DNA of 40,192 bases, taken from contig MHFG01000003.1 of NCBI GenBank assembly GCA_001804065.1, positions 1 to 40,192 on the forward strand. The letters run 5' to 3'. The position numbers and the translations under genes are program-made. The notes beneath the pieces were generated by a model. It had not been told where the DNA came from and made no database searches. It saw only the letters and a list, made by a program, of their open reading frames with translations. This DNA is from Omnitrophica bacterium RIFCSPHIGHO2_02_FULL_46_20. Lineage in GTDB: Bacteria; Omnitrophota; Gorgyraeia; 2-01-FULL-45-10. Position 1 is the stretch's first letter, and every line of letters begins with the position of its first letter. Below are positions 9,003 to 19,478 of this stretch, piece after piece.

Positions 9003-10028
9003 TCTACCTTTCCAGCCGCCTTGCTGCCTCTGCCCTTCTTCTAATTTCGCGAATATCATCCTGCCTGCCGATGTCTGAAGCACGCTCGTAATAGTGGCTT
9101 TTATGACCTGCCCTATTAAATGCCTTGTATTATCTACAACGACCATTGTCCCGTCGTCGAGATATCCTACGCCCTGGTTATATTCCTTACCTTCCTTAGA
9201 GATCCGCACTTCCATGGTCTCGCCTGGCAAGACTACCGGACGCAACGCATTGGCAAGTTCATTTATATTAAGCACTATCACGCCTTGCAGCTCAGCTATC
9301 TTGTTCAAATTAAAATCGTTGGTGGCGACCTTCGCTCCGAGGAGCTGAGCAAGCTTCACCAATTTTGCATCGACATCTTTTATCTCAGGGAAGTCATCCT
9401 CCTGTATCTTCACATTCAGGGCAGAATCTTTCTGTATCTTATTCAATATATCGAGGCCGCGCCGGCCTCGGTTCCTTTTCAGCGAGTCCTGTGAATCAGC
9501 TATCTGTTGTAATTCCCTCAAAATGAATCTCGGGATCACTATACGCCCTTCTACAAATTTTATCCGCAATATATCGGCTATCCTTCCGTCGATAATAACG
9601 CTCGTATCAAGTAGAACTACGTCCTCTCGCTCATCCTGCCTAACGAATTTAATATAAGGAATTATGAGATTAAATTCGTCCTTTCCTCTCATGGCGATGA
9701 CCATTCCTAAATAGCAGAATATGAGAATGAGGATTATCTGCAGTGACGAGAATAATTCTATACTCATCGGAATAAGTTTCAGGACACTCGTCAATATCCA
9801 TGCCATGAAGAAACCGAATATGAGGCCGAACACAGCCGCCGATAGGTTTCTTATCGAAAATCTCCTCATGACGACTTCTATTACAACGATAAAGCTGGCG
9901 CTGATCAAGCCTGCAACGGCGCCGGCGGCCCGCCATGTAATACTGTAATCACCCAATAACGCGCCGACATAATATCCCACTATTGTACTTACCATAACGA
10001 AAAATACCCTTAAATATAATACGGTCAT
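9000..10028 (-). CDS. yacL: membrane-anchored PIN/TRAM domain protein (YacL-like)
   Basis: ~4 N-terminal hydrophobic helices, a PIN-like VVLLDTSVIIDGRI, and a C-terminal TRAM-like GETMEVRISKEGKEYNQGVGYLDDGTMVVV. It sits upstream of ispD as in Bacillus. Confidence 0.8.
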   Translation of the reverse strand: MTVLYLRVFFVMVSTIVGYYVGALLGDYSITWRAAGAVAGLISASFIVVIEVVMRRFSIRNLSAAVFGLIFGFFMAWILTSVLKLIPMSIELFSSLQIILILIFCYLGMVIAMRGKDEFNLIIPYIKFVRQDEREDVVLLDTSVIIDGRIADILRIKFVEGRIVIPRFILRELQQIADSQDSLKRNRGRRGLDILNKIQKDSALNVKIQEDDFPEIKDVDAKLVKLAQLLGAKVATNDFNLNKIAELQGVIVLNINELANALRPVVLPGETMEVRISKEGKEYNQGVGYLDDGTMVVVDNTRHLIGQVIKATITSVLQTSAGRMIFAKLEEGQRQQGGWKGR

Positions 10029-10051
10029 AAATTATCCCCCTCGTCCTGTCA

Positions 10052-10654
10052 TTATCTCGGCCTATTTAACAACTTCCAAGGATTTCTTTTTATATCCTCG
10101 GTAAACTCCTCGAGGTTCTTATATACTTTATCATCTGTCAATAACTTTCCCACAGTTCCTTCCCCGTTCTTTAGTCTATTCACTATGACGGTAACGGAAT
10201 CGGTCAGGCCTGCCAGATTCTCATAAACTTTAGTCAAAGAAGTCGGGTCCCTGCCCATTAAAAGGTCGCCGTCTTTTAAGAATCTTTTACCGCAGGCACC
10301 GGGAAATATCTCCAGATATTTCTCACCCATGAATCCAAGAGTATTTATTGTAGCCGCGGCATCGTCCTCTATCTTAACGCCTTCCTTGATCCACGCATTT
10401 AGCTCGGCCCTTGTCCTCTTCTCTTTCTCGTCGTAATATACTCTAAGGCCGTCGATCTGGCCAACTCCTACTCCGGCGAGCCTGACAGGGGCGCTGGGTC
10501 CGATGCCATCAACGAAACCAAAGTCCACCTTGATGTGATAGCCTTTTTTTATAAAATTTATATCCCCTATCGAAAAGACGATGATGAAAAGGACAGCAAT
10601 GCCTATCATTATGAATATGCCGACCTTCAATTCAAAAACCCTTATGTTATCCAT
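10052..10654 (-). CDS. mlaD: MCE-domain protein, MlaD-like
   Basis: Single N-terminal TM followed by an MCE-type beta domain (APVRLAGVGVGQI). It lies downstream of mlaE-mlaF. Confidence 0.75.
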   Translation of the reverse strand: MDNIRVFELKVGIFIMIGIAVLFIIVFSIGDINFIKKGYHIKVDFGFVDGIGPSAPVRLAGVGVGQIDGLRVYYDEKEKRTRAELNAWIKEGVKIEDDAAATINTLGFMGEKYLEIFPGACGKRFLKDGDLLMGRDPTSLTKVYENLAGLTDSVTVIVNRLKNGEGTVGKLLTDDKVYKNLEEFTEDIKRNPWKLLNRPR

Positions 10655-10743
10655 TTATTAACCTCCAATTTTACGAAGCGAAATTGATCCTTTTCCCGCC
10701 ACTATGGATATGACGAGGCGCGGCAAAGAGAAGGACATCTTTC

Positions 10744-11511
10744 TTAAATTAAATGCTCGAAATCGATACCTTCTGTTATCGGCCCTGTTCCGGCGCCGGT
10801 AACGAATTGCTGCACTATCGGATCTTTTGAATTTTCTATCTCTTCCGGTTTTCCGTCCGATATGATCTTTCCGTTATATAACATCGCTATCCTGTCCGCT
10901 ATCTTATAAGCGCTTGTCATGTCGTGCGTGACCGCGATGGATGTGACGTTAAGTTTTGTATGAAGTTTTATGATAAGATCATTTATCGAATCTCCCATTA
11001 TCGGATCAACGCCTGTAGTCGGTTCATCGTAAAGCATTATCTGCGGCCTCACAAGTATAGCCCGCGCAAGGCCTACGCGTTTTCTCATGCCTCCGGATAA
11101 TTCCGCGGGCTTTTTGTTCTCGATATCCTTCAGCCCGACGAGCGCCAGGCACTCCCTGGACCTCTTTTCAACTTCGGCCATAGACGCGCTGGTATGCTCC
11201 AACATCGCAAAACCCACATTCTCCAATATAGTCAATGAATCGAATAACGCCGCGCCCTGGAAGAGCATGCCGAACTTCATCCTCACATCGTTCAGCTCTT
11301 TCTCATCCATGCGCGTTATGTCTTTCCCGTCGATCAATACATGGCCTGAATCCGGTTTCAACAAACCTATTATATGCTTTAAGAGGACGGACTTGCCGCA
11401 ACCGGACCTGCCTATTATAACGGTCGTCGCGCCTGTTTGTATATTAAGGTTTAAGTTATCTAAAACCTTATGCCCGTCAAAAGATTTACAAACATTTATT
11501 ATTTCGATCAT
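10744..11511 (-). CDS. mlaF: ABC transporter ATPase, MlaF-like
   Basis: Walker A GRSGCGKS, signature LSGGMRKRVGLARA, and Walker B MLYDEPTTGVD. Confidence 0.85.
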   Translation of the reverse strand: MIEIINVCKSFDGHKVLDNLNLNIQTGATTVIIGRSGCGKSVLLKHIIGLLKPDSGHVLIDGKDITRMDEKELNDVRMKFGMLFQGAALFDSLTILENVGFAMLEHTSASMAEVEKRSRECLALVGLKDIENKKPAELSGGMRKRVGLARAILVRPQIMLYDEPTTGVDPIMGDSINDLIIKLHTKLNVTSIAVTHDMTSAYKIADRIAMLYNGKIISDGKPEEIENSKDPIVQQFVTGAGTGPITEGIDFEHLI

Positions 11512-11520
11512 AAATATTTT

Positions 11521-12303
11521 TTATGTTAAAAAATAGAACAACGCCGTAAAGAAGCAGTCTGACGCTATTATCAAGATGAAGCTCGTAACGACGCTTGATG
11601 TTGTGGCCTTCCCGACGCCTTCCGCCCCGCCTTCGGCCTTCATACCCTCGAAACATGCTATGATACATATTATTACCGCAAAGAACGTGCTTTTTATCAA
11701 GCCTGTATAGATATCCTTATATGTCAATGCCTCCCATGACATCTTCATGTACATGGAATGGCTTATGTTCAATTTATATACGCCTATCAGATACCCGCCT
11801 AGTCCTCCTATGGCATCGGCATATAGAGTAAGCAGCGGTATCATTATCACAAGAGCGAGGAATCTCGGAACAACCAGATACTTTACAGGGTTTGTTGCGA
11901 GTGTCTCTAAAGCATCTATCTGCTCCGTGACCTTCATCGTGCCGACTTCTGCGGTTATCGACGCGCCTATCCTGCCTGCGACTATTAAAGCTGTCAAGAC
12001 CGGCCCCAGTTCTCGCGTCATAGAGAGCGCGACAAGCGACGCTATATACATCTCGGCCGAAAGCTTCTGCATCTGGTAAGCGCTCTGCAGCGCTAACACC
12101 ATGCCGGTAAAAAGGCTTATTAAAGATACGATCGGAAGGCTGTCAACGCCGATTTTCGACATCTGCTCGAGTATATGACGTTTCCGCAAAGGCGGCACTG
12201 GTATCCAGAAGAGCGTCTCTCCCAAAAGTATCGATGTCCCGCCCGCATACCTTACGAATTCGATAAAACGCTTACCTAAAATCACGGCAAGGTCCTTTAG
12301 CAC
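11521..12303 (-). CDS. mlaE: ABC transporter permease, MlaE-like
   Basis: ~260-aa multi-pass permease with the MlaE-type core (TRELGPVLTALIVAGRIGASITAEVGTMKVTEQIDAL). Confidence 0.85.
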   Translation of the reverse strand: MLKDLAVILGKRFIEFVRYAGGTSILLGETLFWIPVPPLRKRHILEQMSKIGVDSLPIVSLISLFTGMVLALQSAYQMQKLSAEMYIASLVALSMTRELGPVLTALIVAGRIGASITAEVGTMKVTEQIDALETLATNPVKYLVVPRFLALVIMIPLLTLYADAIGGLGGYLIGVYKLNISHSMYMKMSWEALTYKDIYTGLIKSTFFAVIICIIACFEGMKAEGGAEGVGKATTSSVVTSFILIIASDCFFTALFYFLT

Positions 12304-12325
12304 GGCCTCTTTCCTTATTTAGTTT

Positions 12326-13756
12326 TTAGAACTTACCCTTATGCTCTAACCCGAAGAAGCTCTTATTGTCCCCGAATCTTACCTTTATACTATCATTAGG
12401 ATGAAGGCTGTACTCAAGCTCATACTGGTCTCTTTCCCGAAGGCTCTCGTCAACCTTCTCATCATTGACAAATTTTTTAAACCCGACGTTAAAATCGCCC
12501 ACTACCTTTTTTTTCATCCTGAATTCGCGCCCTGCCTGCCATTTTGCGGTGTCGTAAGCGTCCCACAGCATAGTCTTTTCTCCGTCTGTTATTTTTAGAT
12601 TCTCGAAAAGGCTGTCTTTGCCAATCTTTCTTAAATCCATATCGCCCGCAAGAACAAAATAGCCGCTTTGACGCGTTATCCTCGAATCCTCTATCCTTAC
12701 CATCGGGCCGTCCCCTTTTAGGTCAGCGCTTAAATAGTCAAAGTTCATGCCGCCTATATCGCCCTTCTTCACTTCGAGACGCACCTTGCTCTTCAACGAA
12801 TTGGCCGCGCCCTTAAACTCCCACTTGGAATTCATTGTCCCTGTTAAGAAAGTTGTGTATCTGGGATTGAACATCGATAGTATCTGGCCCAAATTCACGT
12901 TATCCGTGACAGCAACCGCATCTATAAGATATGGCTCTCTTAAACCAAACTTGCCATTTATGTAAAAGATCTTGCCCATGTCTAAATTTGAAATCTCCAA
13001 TGCCTCTTTCGAAAGCCTGTATAATGCCTTGACATTCAAAAAAGGCTTATAATTCAAGATCAAATTTTTTGTTTCGATCTCACCTTCGAGCGAGCCGTCC
13101 CCAGCGTCGATCGCGTTCTTTGGCGCTATATTTTTTATAACTATTTCGCCTGTTATATCAAAAGTCCGAAGTTTAAGATGATGTACGGCTATATTTATCA
13201 GCAATACCCCGATAGGAGTAAAATTTGCTTCAACCTTGACCATACCTTCCTTCGGCTTCAGGATCATGCGAGCGATCCCGTTTTTCAACTTACCCTTGGC
13301 CTCTATCCGATCGGAGCCGAATAAACTTACATAACCTTTGATCGAGGCGTTTTCGAACCCGCCTTTAATAATTATAAACCCCGAGACTTCTTTATTCTTT
13401 GTGCCGAAGTCTATGGCTATTTTCAGCGTCCTGGATAATACTTTAGAAAATATGAAATCCCAGATCCTGTAATTCGACACCATGCTATTTATCTCAAATA
13501 CTTGAGACGAAATCTTACCATCGTTCCCCAATACCTTTACATCTCTTAAGACAAAAGGCCGGATGATCCCGCCATCGATCGTTCCGATAGATATGTCTAT
13601 CTTTTTACCAAAGGCTTCTTCTATATTTGATTCTGCAAGGCTCTTGAATTGCGGAGCGAATGCCTCAATCCTGCTTTCAAAGAACGCCACCATGCTTACA
13701 GCAAGAAGAAGTATGAGTAAAGCCCTAAACCGCCGTCTTGCCTTTATATTCCTCAT
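12326..13756 (-). CDS. membrane-anchored beta-rich protein, possibly AsmA/TamB-like (product uncertain)
   Basis: The long ORF starts at 13804 and overlaps clpC by 41 nt. Internal ATG 13756 (MRNIKARRRFRALLILLLAVSMVAFF) gives a signal-anchor N-terminus 8 nt after the clpC stop. It sits next to the mla genes. No catalytic motif recognised. Confidence 0.5.
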   Translation of the reverse strand: MRNIKARRRFRALLILLLAVSMVAFFESRIEAFAPQFKSLAESNIEEAFGKKIDISIGTIDGGIIRPFVLRDVKVLGNDGKISSQVFEINSMVSNYRIWDFIFSKVLSRTLKIAIDFGTKNKEVSGFIIIKGGFENASIKGYVSLFGSDRIEAKGKLKNGIARMILKPKEGMVKVEANFTPIGVLLINIAVHHLKLRTFDITGEIVIKNIAPKNAIDAGDGSLEGEIETKNLILNYKPFLNVKALYRLSKEALEISNLDMGKIFYINGKFGLREPYLIDAVAVTDNVNLGQILSMFNPRYTTFLTGTMNSKWEFKGAANSLKSKVRLEVKKGDIGGMNFDYLSADLKGDGPMVRIEDSRITRQSGYFVLAGDMDLRKIGKDSLFENLKITDGEKTMLWDAYDTAKWQAGREFRMKKKVVGDFNVGFKKFVNDEKVDESLRERDQYELEYSLHPNDSIKVRFGDNKSFFGLEHKGKF

Positions 13757-13763
13757 AGCGCCA

Positions 13764-16193
13764 TTAAGAAGAACTAAACTCAAGATGGTCGGCCTTCGCG
13801 GCAACCTTTACATTGGCTCCATTCTTGTAATTCCCTTTTATTATCTCTTCAGCCAATGGGTCTTCCAAAAATCTTTGAATGGTTCTTTTGAGCGGCCGCG
13901 CGCCGAATATCTTATCGAATCCCCGTTCTATCAAGAAGTCTTTAGCTTCTTTTGCAAGTTCTATAAATATTTTTTGATCCTTAAGCCTTGATTCAACCTC
14001 TTTTATCTCGATCTCGACTATATATTCGAGATCATCCCGTGTCAATGGCCTAAAGACTATGGTGTCATCGACCCTATTAAGGAATTCCGGTTTGAAGACC
14101 TTTTTGACTTCTTCAAGGAGTTTTGCCTTCATCGTCTGATACGTTACTTCCTCTTCCTGGGACTTGAATCCTATCGAACCCTGTTTTTTTAATGTCTCGG
14201 CGCCGATATTCGAAGTCATTATGATGATCGTATTTTTAAAATCCACCTTTCTTCCGAATGAATCTGTGAGGCGGCCCTCTTCCAGCATCTGCAATAAAAG
14301 ATTGAATACGTCGGGATGAGCCTTTTCTATCTCGTCCAACAACACGACTGAATATGGGCGGCGCCTGACTTTTTCTGTTAATTGTCCGCCTTCTTCGTAT
14401 CCCACATAGCCGGGAGGCGCGCCTACGAGTCTTGAGATATTGAATTTTTCCATGTATTCGGACATATCGAGTTGTATTATTGCGTCTTCGTCTCCGAACA
14501 TGAATTCCGCGAGCGCCCTGGCTACGAGCGTCTTACCAACTCCTGTAGGACCCAAAAATATGAATGAGCCGATGGGCCTGCGCGGATCTTTTATACCAGC
14601 GCGCGAACGCCTGACAGCATGCGCGATAGCGCTTATGGCCTCATCCTGTCCAATAACGCGTTTGTGCATGCCCTGCTCCATCTTAAGGAACTTTTCCTGT
14701 TCCTTCTCTTCCAATTTAACTATAGGGATGCCTGTCCATTTAGAGACTATTACCGCTATGTCCTCGTCACTGACATTCGGCTCGAACCTGCCGCGCGACT
14801 CCTTCCAATCCTTATTTACTTTATTTAATTCTTCTTTCAGCTTGCGTTCTTCATCGCGGAATTTAGCGGCCTTTTCAAAATCCTGGCCCTTTACACTCTG
14901 CTCTTTTTCTTTTTTCAAGGATTCTATTCTTTCCTCGATATGCTTGACGTCAGGCGGCGCTGTCATGACTGAAAGACGCGCGCGGGCGCCTGCCTCGTCT
15001 ATAAGATCTATCGCCTTATCAGGAAGATATCTGCCGGATATATATCTATCGGAAAGTTTTGCCGCAGCCTCTATTGCCTCATCGGTAAACTTGACCCTGT
15101 GATGTGCTTCGTACTTATCGCGCAGGCCTTTGAGTATCTCTATTGTCTGGTCTACGGTCGGAGGCTCGACCATTATAGTCTGGAACCGTCTTTCGAGCGC
15201 GGCGTCCTTTTCTATATACTTTCTGTATTCGTCGAGCGTGGTCGCGCCTATGCATTGTATCTCGCCGCGTGAAAGGGCCGGCTTCAGTATATTAGACGCG
15301 TCGATCGCGCCTTCTGCGCCGCCGGCGCCGACTAATGTATGCAGCTCGTCTATGAATACGATGATATCGTCCGAACGTTTTATCTCGTCCATTACGGCCT
15401 TGATCCTCTCTTCAAATTGACCCCTATATTTAGTCCCGGCGATCATCAGCGCCAAATCCAATATCATTATCCTTTTATCTCTGAGTAACTCGGGTATATC
15501 ACCAACGACTATCTTCTGCGCCAGCCCTTCAACTATGGCGGTTTTCCCCACGCCGGCTTCTCCTAACAACACTGGATTATTCTTTGTGCGCCTTGACAGT
15601 ATCTGTATGACTCGCTCGATCTCATTCTTTCTGCCGATAACAGGATCGAGTTTATTATCTTTCGCGAGTTTCGTGAGGTCCCGGCCAAACGCATCAAGCG
15701 CGGGTGTTTTCGCGCGGGAAACCTTTTGCCCCATTTCATAACCCGGGATAGCTGAGCCCAAAAGATTCATCACCTCTCCCCTTACTTTTTCGAGCTCCAA
15801 TCCTAGATTCATCAAAACCTGCGAAGCTACGCCTTCGCCTTCTCTTATGAGCCCGAGTAATAAATGTTCTGTTCCGATATAATTGTGGCCCAATGCCCTT
15901 GCCTCTTCTGTTGCCAGCTCCATGACCTTTTTTGCCTTTGGCGTAAAAGGCAGGTCTCCTGATATTACGGTGGTAGGCCCCGGCTGAACGAGTTTTTCCA
16001 CTTCTATCCTTATCTTATCCGGAGTCAGGCCGAAACTAGCGAGAACAGCCGCCGCGACACCTTCGCCCTCCCTTACCAGGCCCAAGAGTATATGTTCTGT
16101 TCCGATATAGTCATGATTGAACCTCTTGGCTTCCTCCTTTGCCAAGAGTATCACTTTCCTAGCTCTTTCAGTAAATCTATTGAACATCGCCAT
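13764..16193 (-). CDS. clpC: ATP-dependent Clp protease ATP-binding subunit ClpC
   Basis: Two Clp_N repeats ([18 protein letters not shown]), two AAA+ modules ([16 protein letters not shown]), and a UVR-like linker ([18 protein letters not shown]). Confidence 0.95.
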   Translation of the reverse strand: MAMFNRFTERARKVILLAKEEAKRFNHDYIGTEHILLGLVREGEGVAAAVLASFGLTPDKIRIEVEKLVQPGPTTVISGDLPFTPKAKKVMELATEEARALGHNYIGTEHLLLGLIREGEGVASQVLMNLGLELEKVRGEVMNLLGSAIPGYEMGQKVSRAKTPALDAFGRDLTKLAKDNKLDPVIGRKNEIERVIQILSRRTKNNPVLLGEAGVGKTAIVEGLAQKIVVGDIPELLRDKRIMILDLALMIAGTKYRGQFEERIKAVMDEIKRSDDIIVFIDELHTLVGAGGAEGAIDASNILKPALSRGEIQCIGATTLDEYRKYIEKDAALERRFQTIMVEPPTVDQTIEILKGLRDKYEAHHRVKFTDEAIEAAAKLSDRYISGRYLPDKAIDLIDEAGARARLSVMTAPPDVKHIEERIESLKKEKEQSVKGQDFEKAAKFRDEERKLKEELNKVNKDWKESRGRFEPNVSDEDIAVIVSKWTGIPIVKLEEKEQEKFLKMEQGMHKRVIGQDEAISAIAHAVRRSRAGIKDPRRPIGSFIFLGPTGVGKTLVARALAEFMFGDEDAIIQLDMSEYMEKFNISRLVGAPPGYVGYEEGGQLTEKVRRRPYSVVLLDEIEKAHPDVFNLLLQMLEEGRLTDSFGRKVDFKNTIIIMTSNIGAETLKKQGSIGFKSQEEEVTYQTMKAKLLEEVKKVFKPEFLNRVDDTIVFRPLTRDDLEYIVEIEIKEVESRLKDQKIFIELAKEAKDFLIERGFDKIFGARPLKRTIQRFLEDPLAEEIIKGNYKNGANVKVAAKADHLEFSSS

Positions 16194-16205
16194 CGCTATC
16201 CCTCC

Positions 16206-17252
16206 TTACTTCAATCTTTCTCTGATCAATTCTGCCCGCTTCATATCCCGCTCATTCGAATTCAAAACTTTTCCCTCGAGTTTCTGCAGGTGCGCGGGCT
16301 GTGTCAATATCAGAAGTTCGTTAACCATCCTTCTATCAAGATTCTTCACCACGCCTAGATCAACACCGAGTCTTATCGCTGAAAGGAGCGCTATGGTTTC
16401 ATTGCTCGTAATTATATGCGCGCTCTTTAGCGTTCCGTACGCACGCCAGACCCTGTCTACAAGCGCGTCCCTGTTTTTTGCGAGCAGATTCCTCCTCGTC
16501 GCCTCTTCGCGCGCGATTATCTGGTTTATTATCCTCTCGATATTATCTATTATGTCCTCTTCGGTTCGCCCCAACGAGACCTGATTTGAGACCTGAAAAA
16601 GATTTCCGCTCGCTTCCGTCCCTTCACCATAAAGCCCTCTTATATTCAAACCCAACTTTGCCGTGGCTTGCAGTATCTTGCTTATTTGGCCGGTGAATAC
16701 AAGCGCCGGCAGATGCAGCATTATCGATCCGCGTAGTCCCGTTCCCGTATTCGTCGGACATGCTGTCAAATATCCCCATTTTACGAAATAGGCGAATGAA
16801 AGTTTTTTGCTCAATTCTGTATCTAATGCGTCGATTATCCTCCATGCCTCCATAAGATTAAAACCAGATTGAAGCACCTGCATCCTTAAGTGGTCTTCTT
16901 CGTTGACCATTATGCTGATTATCTCTTTCGGATCCACGATCAGGGCTTTGAATTCTACATCTTTGGCATGTTCAAGGCTTATCAGATGCCGTTCGACAAG
17001 AAAGGCCCTGTCTACTTCGCTCAAATCCTTAAGCCTTATAAATAGAGCGTCTTTCAGGTAATTTACGGACTCTGCCGCGTCCAATGCCGCCGTAAGTATG
17101 GTTTCTTGCTGTTTTTTATCGGCCCAGTGCGAAAAGGCTAATTTATCGATGTTTCTCGCAAGCCGCGTCCTCGACGACATGACAATATCGGAGTTTGGGC
17201 CCGTACCTTTAAGCCACTCGCTGTCATGCCGTAAAAAATCATCTATACGCAT
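16206..17252 (-). CDS. mcsB: protein arginine kinase McsB
   Basis: ATP:guanido phosphotransferase core with CPTNTGTGLRGS. It lies between mcsA and clpC. Confidence 0.9.
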   Translation of the reverse strand: MRIDDFLRHDSEWLKGTGPNSDIVMSSRTRLARNIDKLAFSHWADKKQQETILTAALDAAESVNYLKDALFIRLKDLSEVDRAFLVERHLISLEHAKDVEFKALIVDPKEIISIMVNEEDHLRMQVLQSGFNLMEAWRIIDALDTELSKKLSFAYFVKWGYLTACPTNTGTGLRGSIMLHLPALVFTGQISKILQATAKLGLNIRGLYGEGTEASGNLFQVSNQVSLGRTEEDIIDNIERIINQIIAREEATRRNLLAKNRDALVDRVWRAYGTLKSAHIITSNETIALLSAIRLGVDLGVVKNLDRRMVNELLILTQPAHLQKLEGKVLNSNERDMKRAELIRERLK

Positions 17253-17325
17253 CCCGCTCCTTTGGCAAACCCGCCGTCCCGAGCGCGTTCTTCTCTGCTG
17301 TCTATAAAAAGCGCTCGACGCATAA

Positions 17326-17832
17326 TTAATTTTCCCTCGGCTTCGCCTTCTGCTCTAAATCCCGGATCTTATCCCTGAGTTTAGCGGCCTCTTCGAACTC
17401 TTCCGTCTGTATCGCCTTTTCGAGCCGCATCTTCAGGTCTTGCAGCGTTCTCGTATCTTTAATGGTCTTGCCGCCCTTCAACGGAATTTTACCTACGTGC
17501 CTGTCCGAACCGTGTATCCTTTTTAAAAGAGGGCCAAGCTCCTTCTTAAAAATTTCATAGCATTCGCCGCACCCCAGACGGCCTATCTTTCTAAAATTCT
17601 GATATGTGAGTCCGCAATTTGGGCACTTAGTGGTTATCGCGACTTCCGGTTCCACTGTCGTTCCGATATCTGTGAGGCCCGCAAGAAGTTCGCTTAAACC
17701 AAAATGCTCTTCCATCTGGGCCCCCTTTTCCCGCGCGCAGTCTTCGCACAGATTTAACTTAGTAACTTGATCGTTAACTATCTCCGTGAGATGGACCGTC
17801 GCTTCCTTTTTAGCGCAAATGTCACAAAGCAT
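17326..17832 (-). CDS. mcsA: McsA-like UvrB/C-motif zinc-finger protein
   Basis: Four CxxC pairs (CDIC, CEDC, CPNC, CGEC) and a C-terminal UVR motif EEFEEAAKLRDKIRDLE. Confidence 0.8.
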   Translation of the reverse strand: MLCDICAKKEATVHLTEIVNDQVTKLNLCEDCAREKGAQMEEHFGLSELLAGLTDIGTTVEPEVAITTKCPNCGLTYQNFRKIGRLGCGECYEIFKKELGPLLKRIHGSDRHVGKIPLKGGKTIKDTRTLQDLKMRLEKAIQTEEFEEAAKLRDKIRDLEQKAKPREN

Positions 17833-18694
17833 ACTTCACTCCGTCTAACTTTGTAAGTATTTTAAATTCTTCCATAAGGCGCGGGGTGGTCTCGCCGGGC
17901 TTGCCGTCGCCAATCCGACGCTTATCGATCTTTGTTACAGGGATGATCTCCGCGGCGGTCCCGGTTAGAAATACCTCGTCTGCCGAATATACCTCTTCCA
18001 GCTTGAGCATCTTTTCACGAAATGGCATGCCGATTTTTTTCGCTAATCCTATCACTGCGTTTCTTGTAATGCCTTCGAGAGCCCCTACATCTGTAGGCGG
18101 CGTCATGAGCCGACCATCCCTAACGATAAATATGTTATCGCCGGTACATTCGGCGACATAGTCATTATAGGTCAACATTATTGCCTCTTCTACGCCTGAT
18201 TTTATGGCATCTATCTTAGCCAAAATATTATTGAGATAATTTAATGATTTTATTCTCGGATCCAAAGCCGCGGCGAGATTCCTCTTTGTCTTGGCGGTAA
18301 TTATCTCCAACCCCTTCTGATAGAATTCTTTCGGATATAGCGAAATCTTATCCGTGATAATAAAAACGGTGGGGGTTTTACATTTCCTCGGATCAAGCCC
18401 TAGATCTCCCTGCCCTCTAGTCACTACAAGGCGGATGTAGGCGTCTTGCAAAGCGTTCGCTTTCAATGTTTCTATAACTGCTTTGATCATATTCGCCTTA
18501 GTCATAGGCATTTTTAACTCGATCGCGTCCGCAGATCTATAGAGCCTGTCGATATGTTCGTTTAGTTTAAAAATAAGCCTGTCGTAGCAACGGATGCCTT
18601 CAAACACACCATCCCCGTATAAAAGGCCGTGATCAAAGACCGAGATCGTCGCCTTTTCTTTATCTACCAATTTCCCGTTAAGGTAAACAAGCAT
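17822..18694 (-). CDS. ilvE: class IV (branched-chain/D-amino-acid) aminotransferase
   Basis: GLLYGDGVFEGIRCY, the 290-aa length, and LTGTAAEIIPV are typical of short BCAT/DAAT enzymes. Substrate cannot be assigned from sequence alone. Confidence 0.8.
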   Translation of the reverse strand: MLVYLNGKLVDKEKATISVFDHGLLYGDGVFEGIRCYDRLIFKLNEHIDRLYRSADAIELKMPMTKANMIKAVIETLKANALQDAYIRLVVTRGQGDLGLDPRKCKTPTVFIITDKISLYPKEFYQKGLEIITAKTKRNLAAALDPRIKSLNYLNNILAKIDAIKSGVEEAIMLTYNDYVAECTGDNIFIVRDGRLMTPPTDVGALEGITRNAVIGLAKKIGMPFREKMLKLEEVYSADEVFLTGTAAEIIPVTKIDKRRIGDGKPGETTPRLMEEFKILTKLDGVKYAL

Positions 18695-18721
18695 ATTTGC
18701 TCCTCGAATAAGAGCATATAT

Positions 18722-18750
18722 AATATATATAATAAAGCTAATTAAGTCAA
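18722..18750 (-). promoter_or_regulatory. candidate sigma70-type promoter for ilvE-mcsAB-clpC
   Basis: Minus strand TTGACT (18750-18745), 17 nt spacer, TATATT (18727-18722). The surrounding spacer is AT-rich, so a chance match is possible. Confidence 0.3.
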
Positions 18751-18791
18751 ATAAATATACCTTTGAGGATTAGGAATTATCGAAAGGAGGT

Positions 18792-19478
18792 TTACGCGGC
18801 CCTGCCGTCTTTTAAACGGATAGTTTCGTCAACCATTGAGGCCAGTTTATCATCGTGGGAGACTATCACTAAAGTGGTATTAATTTTTGACTTTATACTG
18901 AATAAAAGTTCGTAAATCGATTCGCTGGTCTTTGAATCGAGATTGCCGGTAGGCTCATCGCAAAGCAGGATTTCCGGCTCGTTTATTAGCGCCCTCGCTA
19001 CCGCGACTCTTTGAGATTCACCCCCCGAAAGTCGCGAAGGCGGATGTCCCATTCTATGCTCAAGGCCGACTGCTTTTAAGACCTCCGCAGCTCTTTTTCG
19101 CACATCGTACATAGGACATCGTACATAGCTGGATTTCATCAGGGCTGGCATCATCACGTTCTCTAACGCGGTAAACTCCGGCAATAAATGATAGAATTGG
19201 AACACAAATCCGATCTTTTTATTTCGTATCGCAGCCCTATCTCTATCCGAAAGTTTATAGATATTAGTCTCGCCTAATAAGATCTCCCCTGATGTCGGTT
19301 TGTCAAGCCCGCCCAACATATGCAGAAGCGTCGATTTGCCGGCGCCTGACGGCCCTACTATCGCTACGGACTGCCCTTTCTTTATTTCGATACTTATATC
19401 ATCAACGGCCCTCACCTCTTTTTGGCCGTTTCGATAGATCTTATGCAGATCTTTTACAATTAAGAACTCTTCACTCAT
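18792..19478 (-). CDS. lolD: lipoprotein-release ABC ATPase LolD-like
   Basis: GPSGAGKST, LSGGESQRVAVARAL and LLCDEPTGNLD motifs. It overlaps the upstream FtsX/MacB-type permease by 8 nt. Confidence 0.8.
   Translation of the reverse strand: MSEEFLIVKDLHKIYRNGQKEVRAVDDISIEIKKGQSVAIVGPSGAGKSTLLHMLGGLDKPTSGEILLGETNIYKLSDRDRAAIRNKKIGFVFQFYHLLPEFTALENVMMPALMKSSYVRCPMYDVRKRAAEVLKAVGLEHRMGHPPSRLSGGESQRVAVARALINEPEILLCDEPTGNLDSKTSESIYELLFSIKSKINTTLVIVSHDDKLASMVDETIRLKDGRAA

Noticed and set aside
19102-19129. Tandem 14-nt repeat ACATCGTACATAG(G/C) inside lolD, encoding SYVRCPMYDVRK
   Set aside because: The period is not a multiple of 3, yet the reading frame and all ABC motifs on both sides are intact. 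Removing one copy would frameshift the gene. It is probably an old or coincidental repeat that lengthens a helical linker by ~4 aa, not a phase-variation or assembly artefact that I can support.
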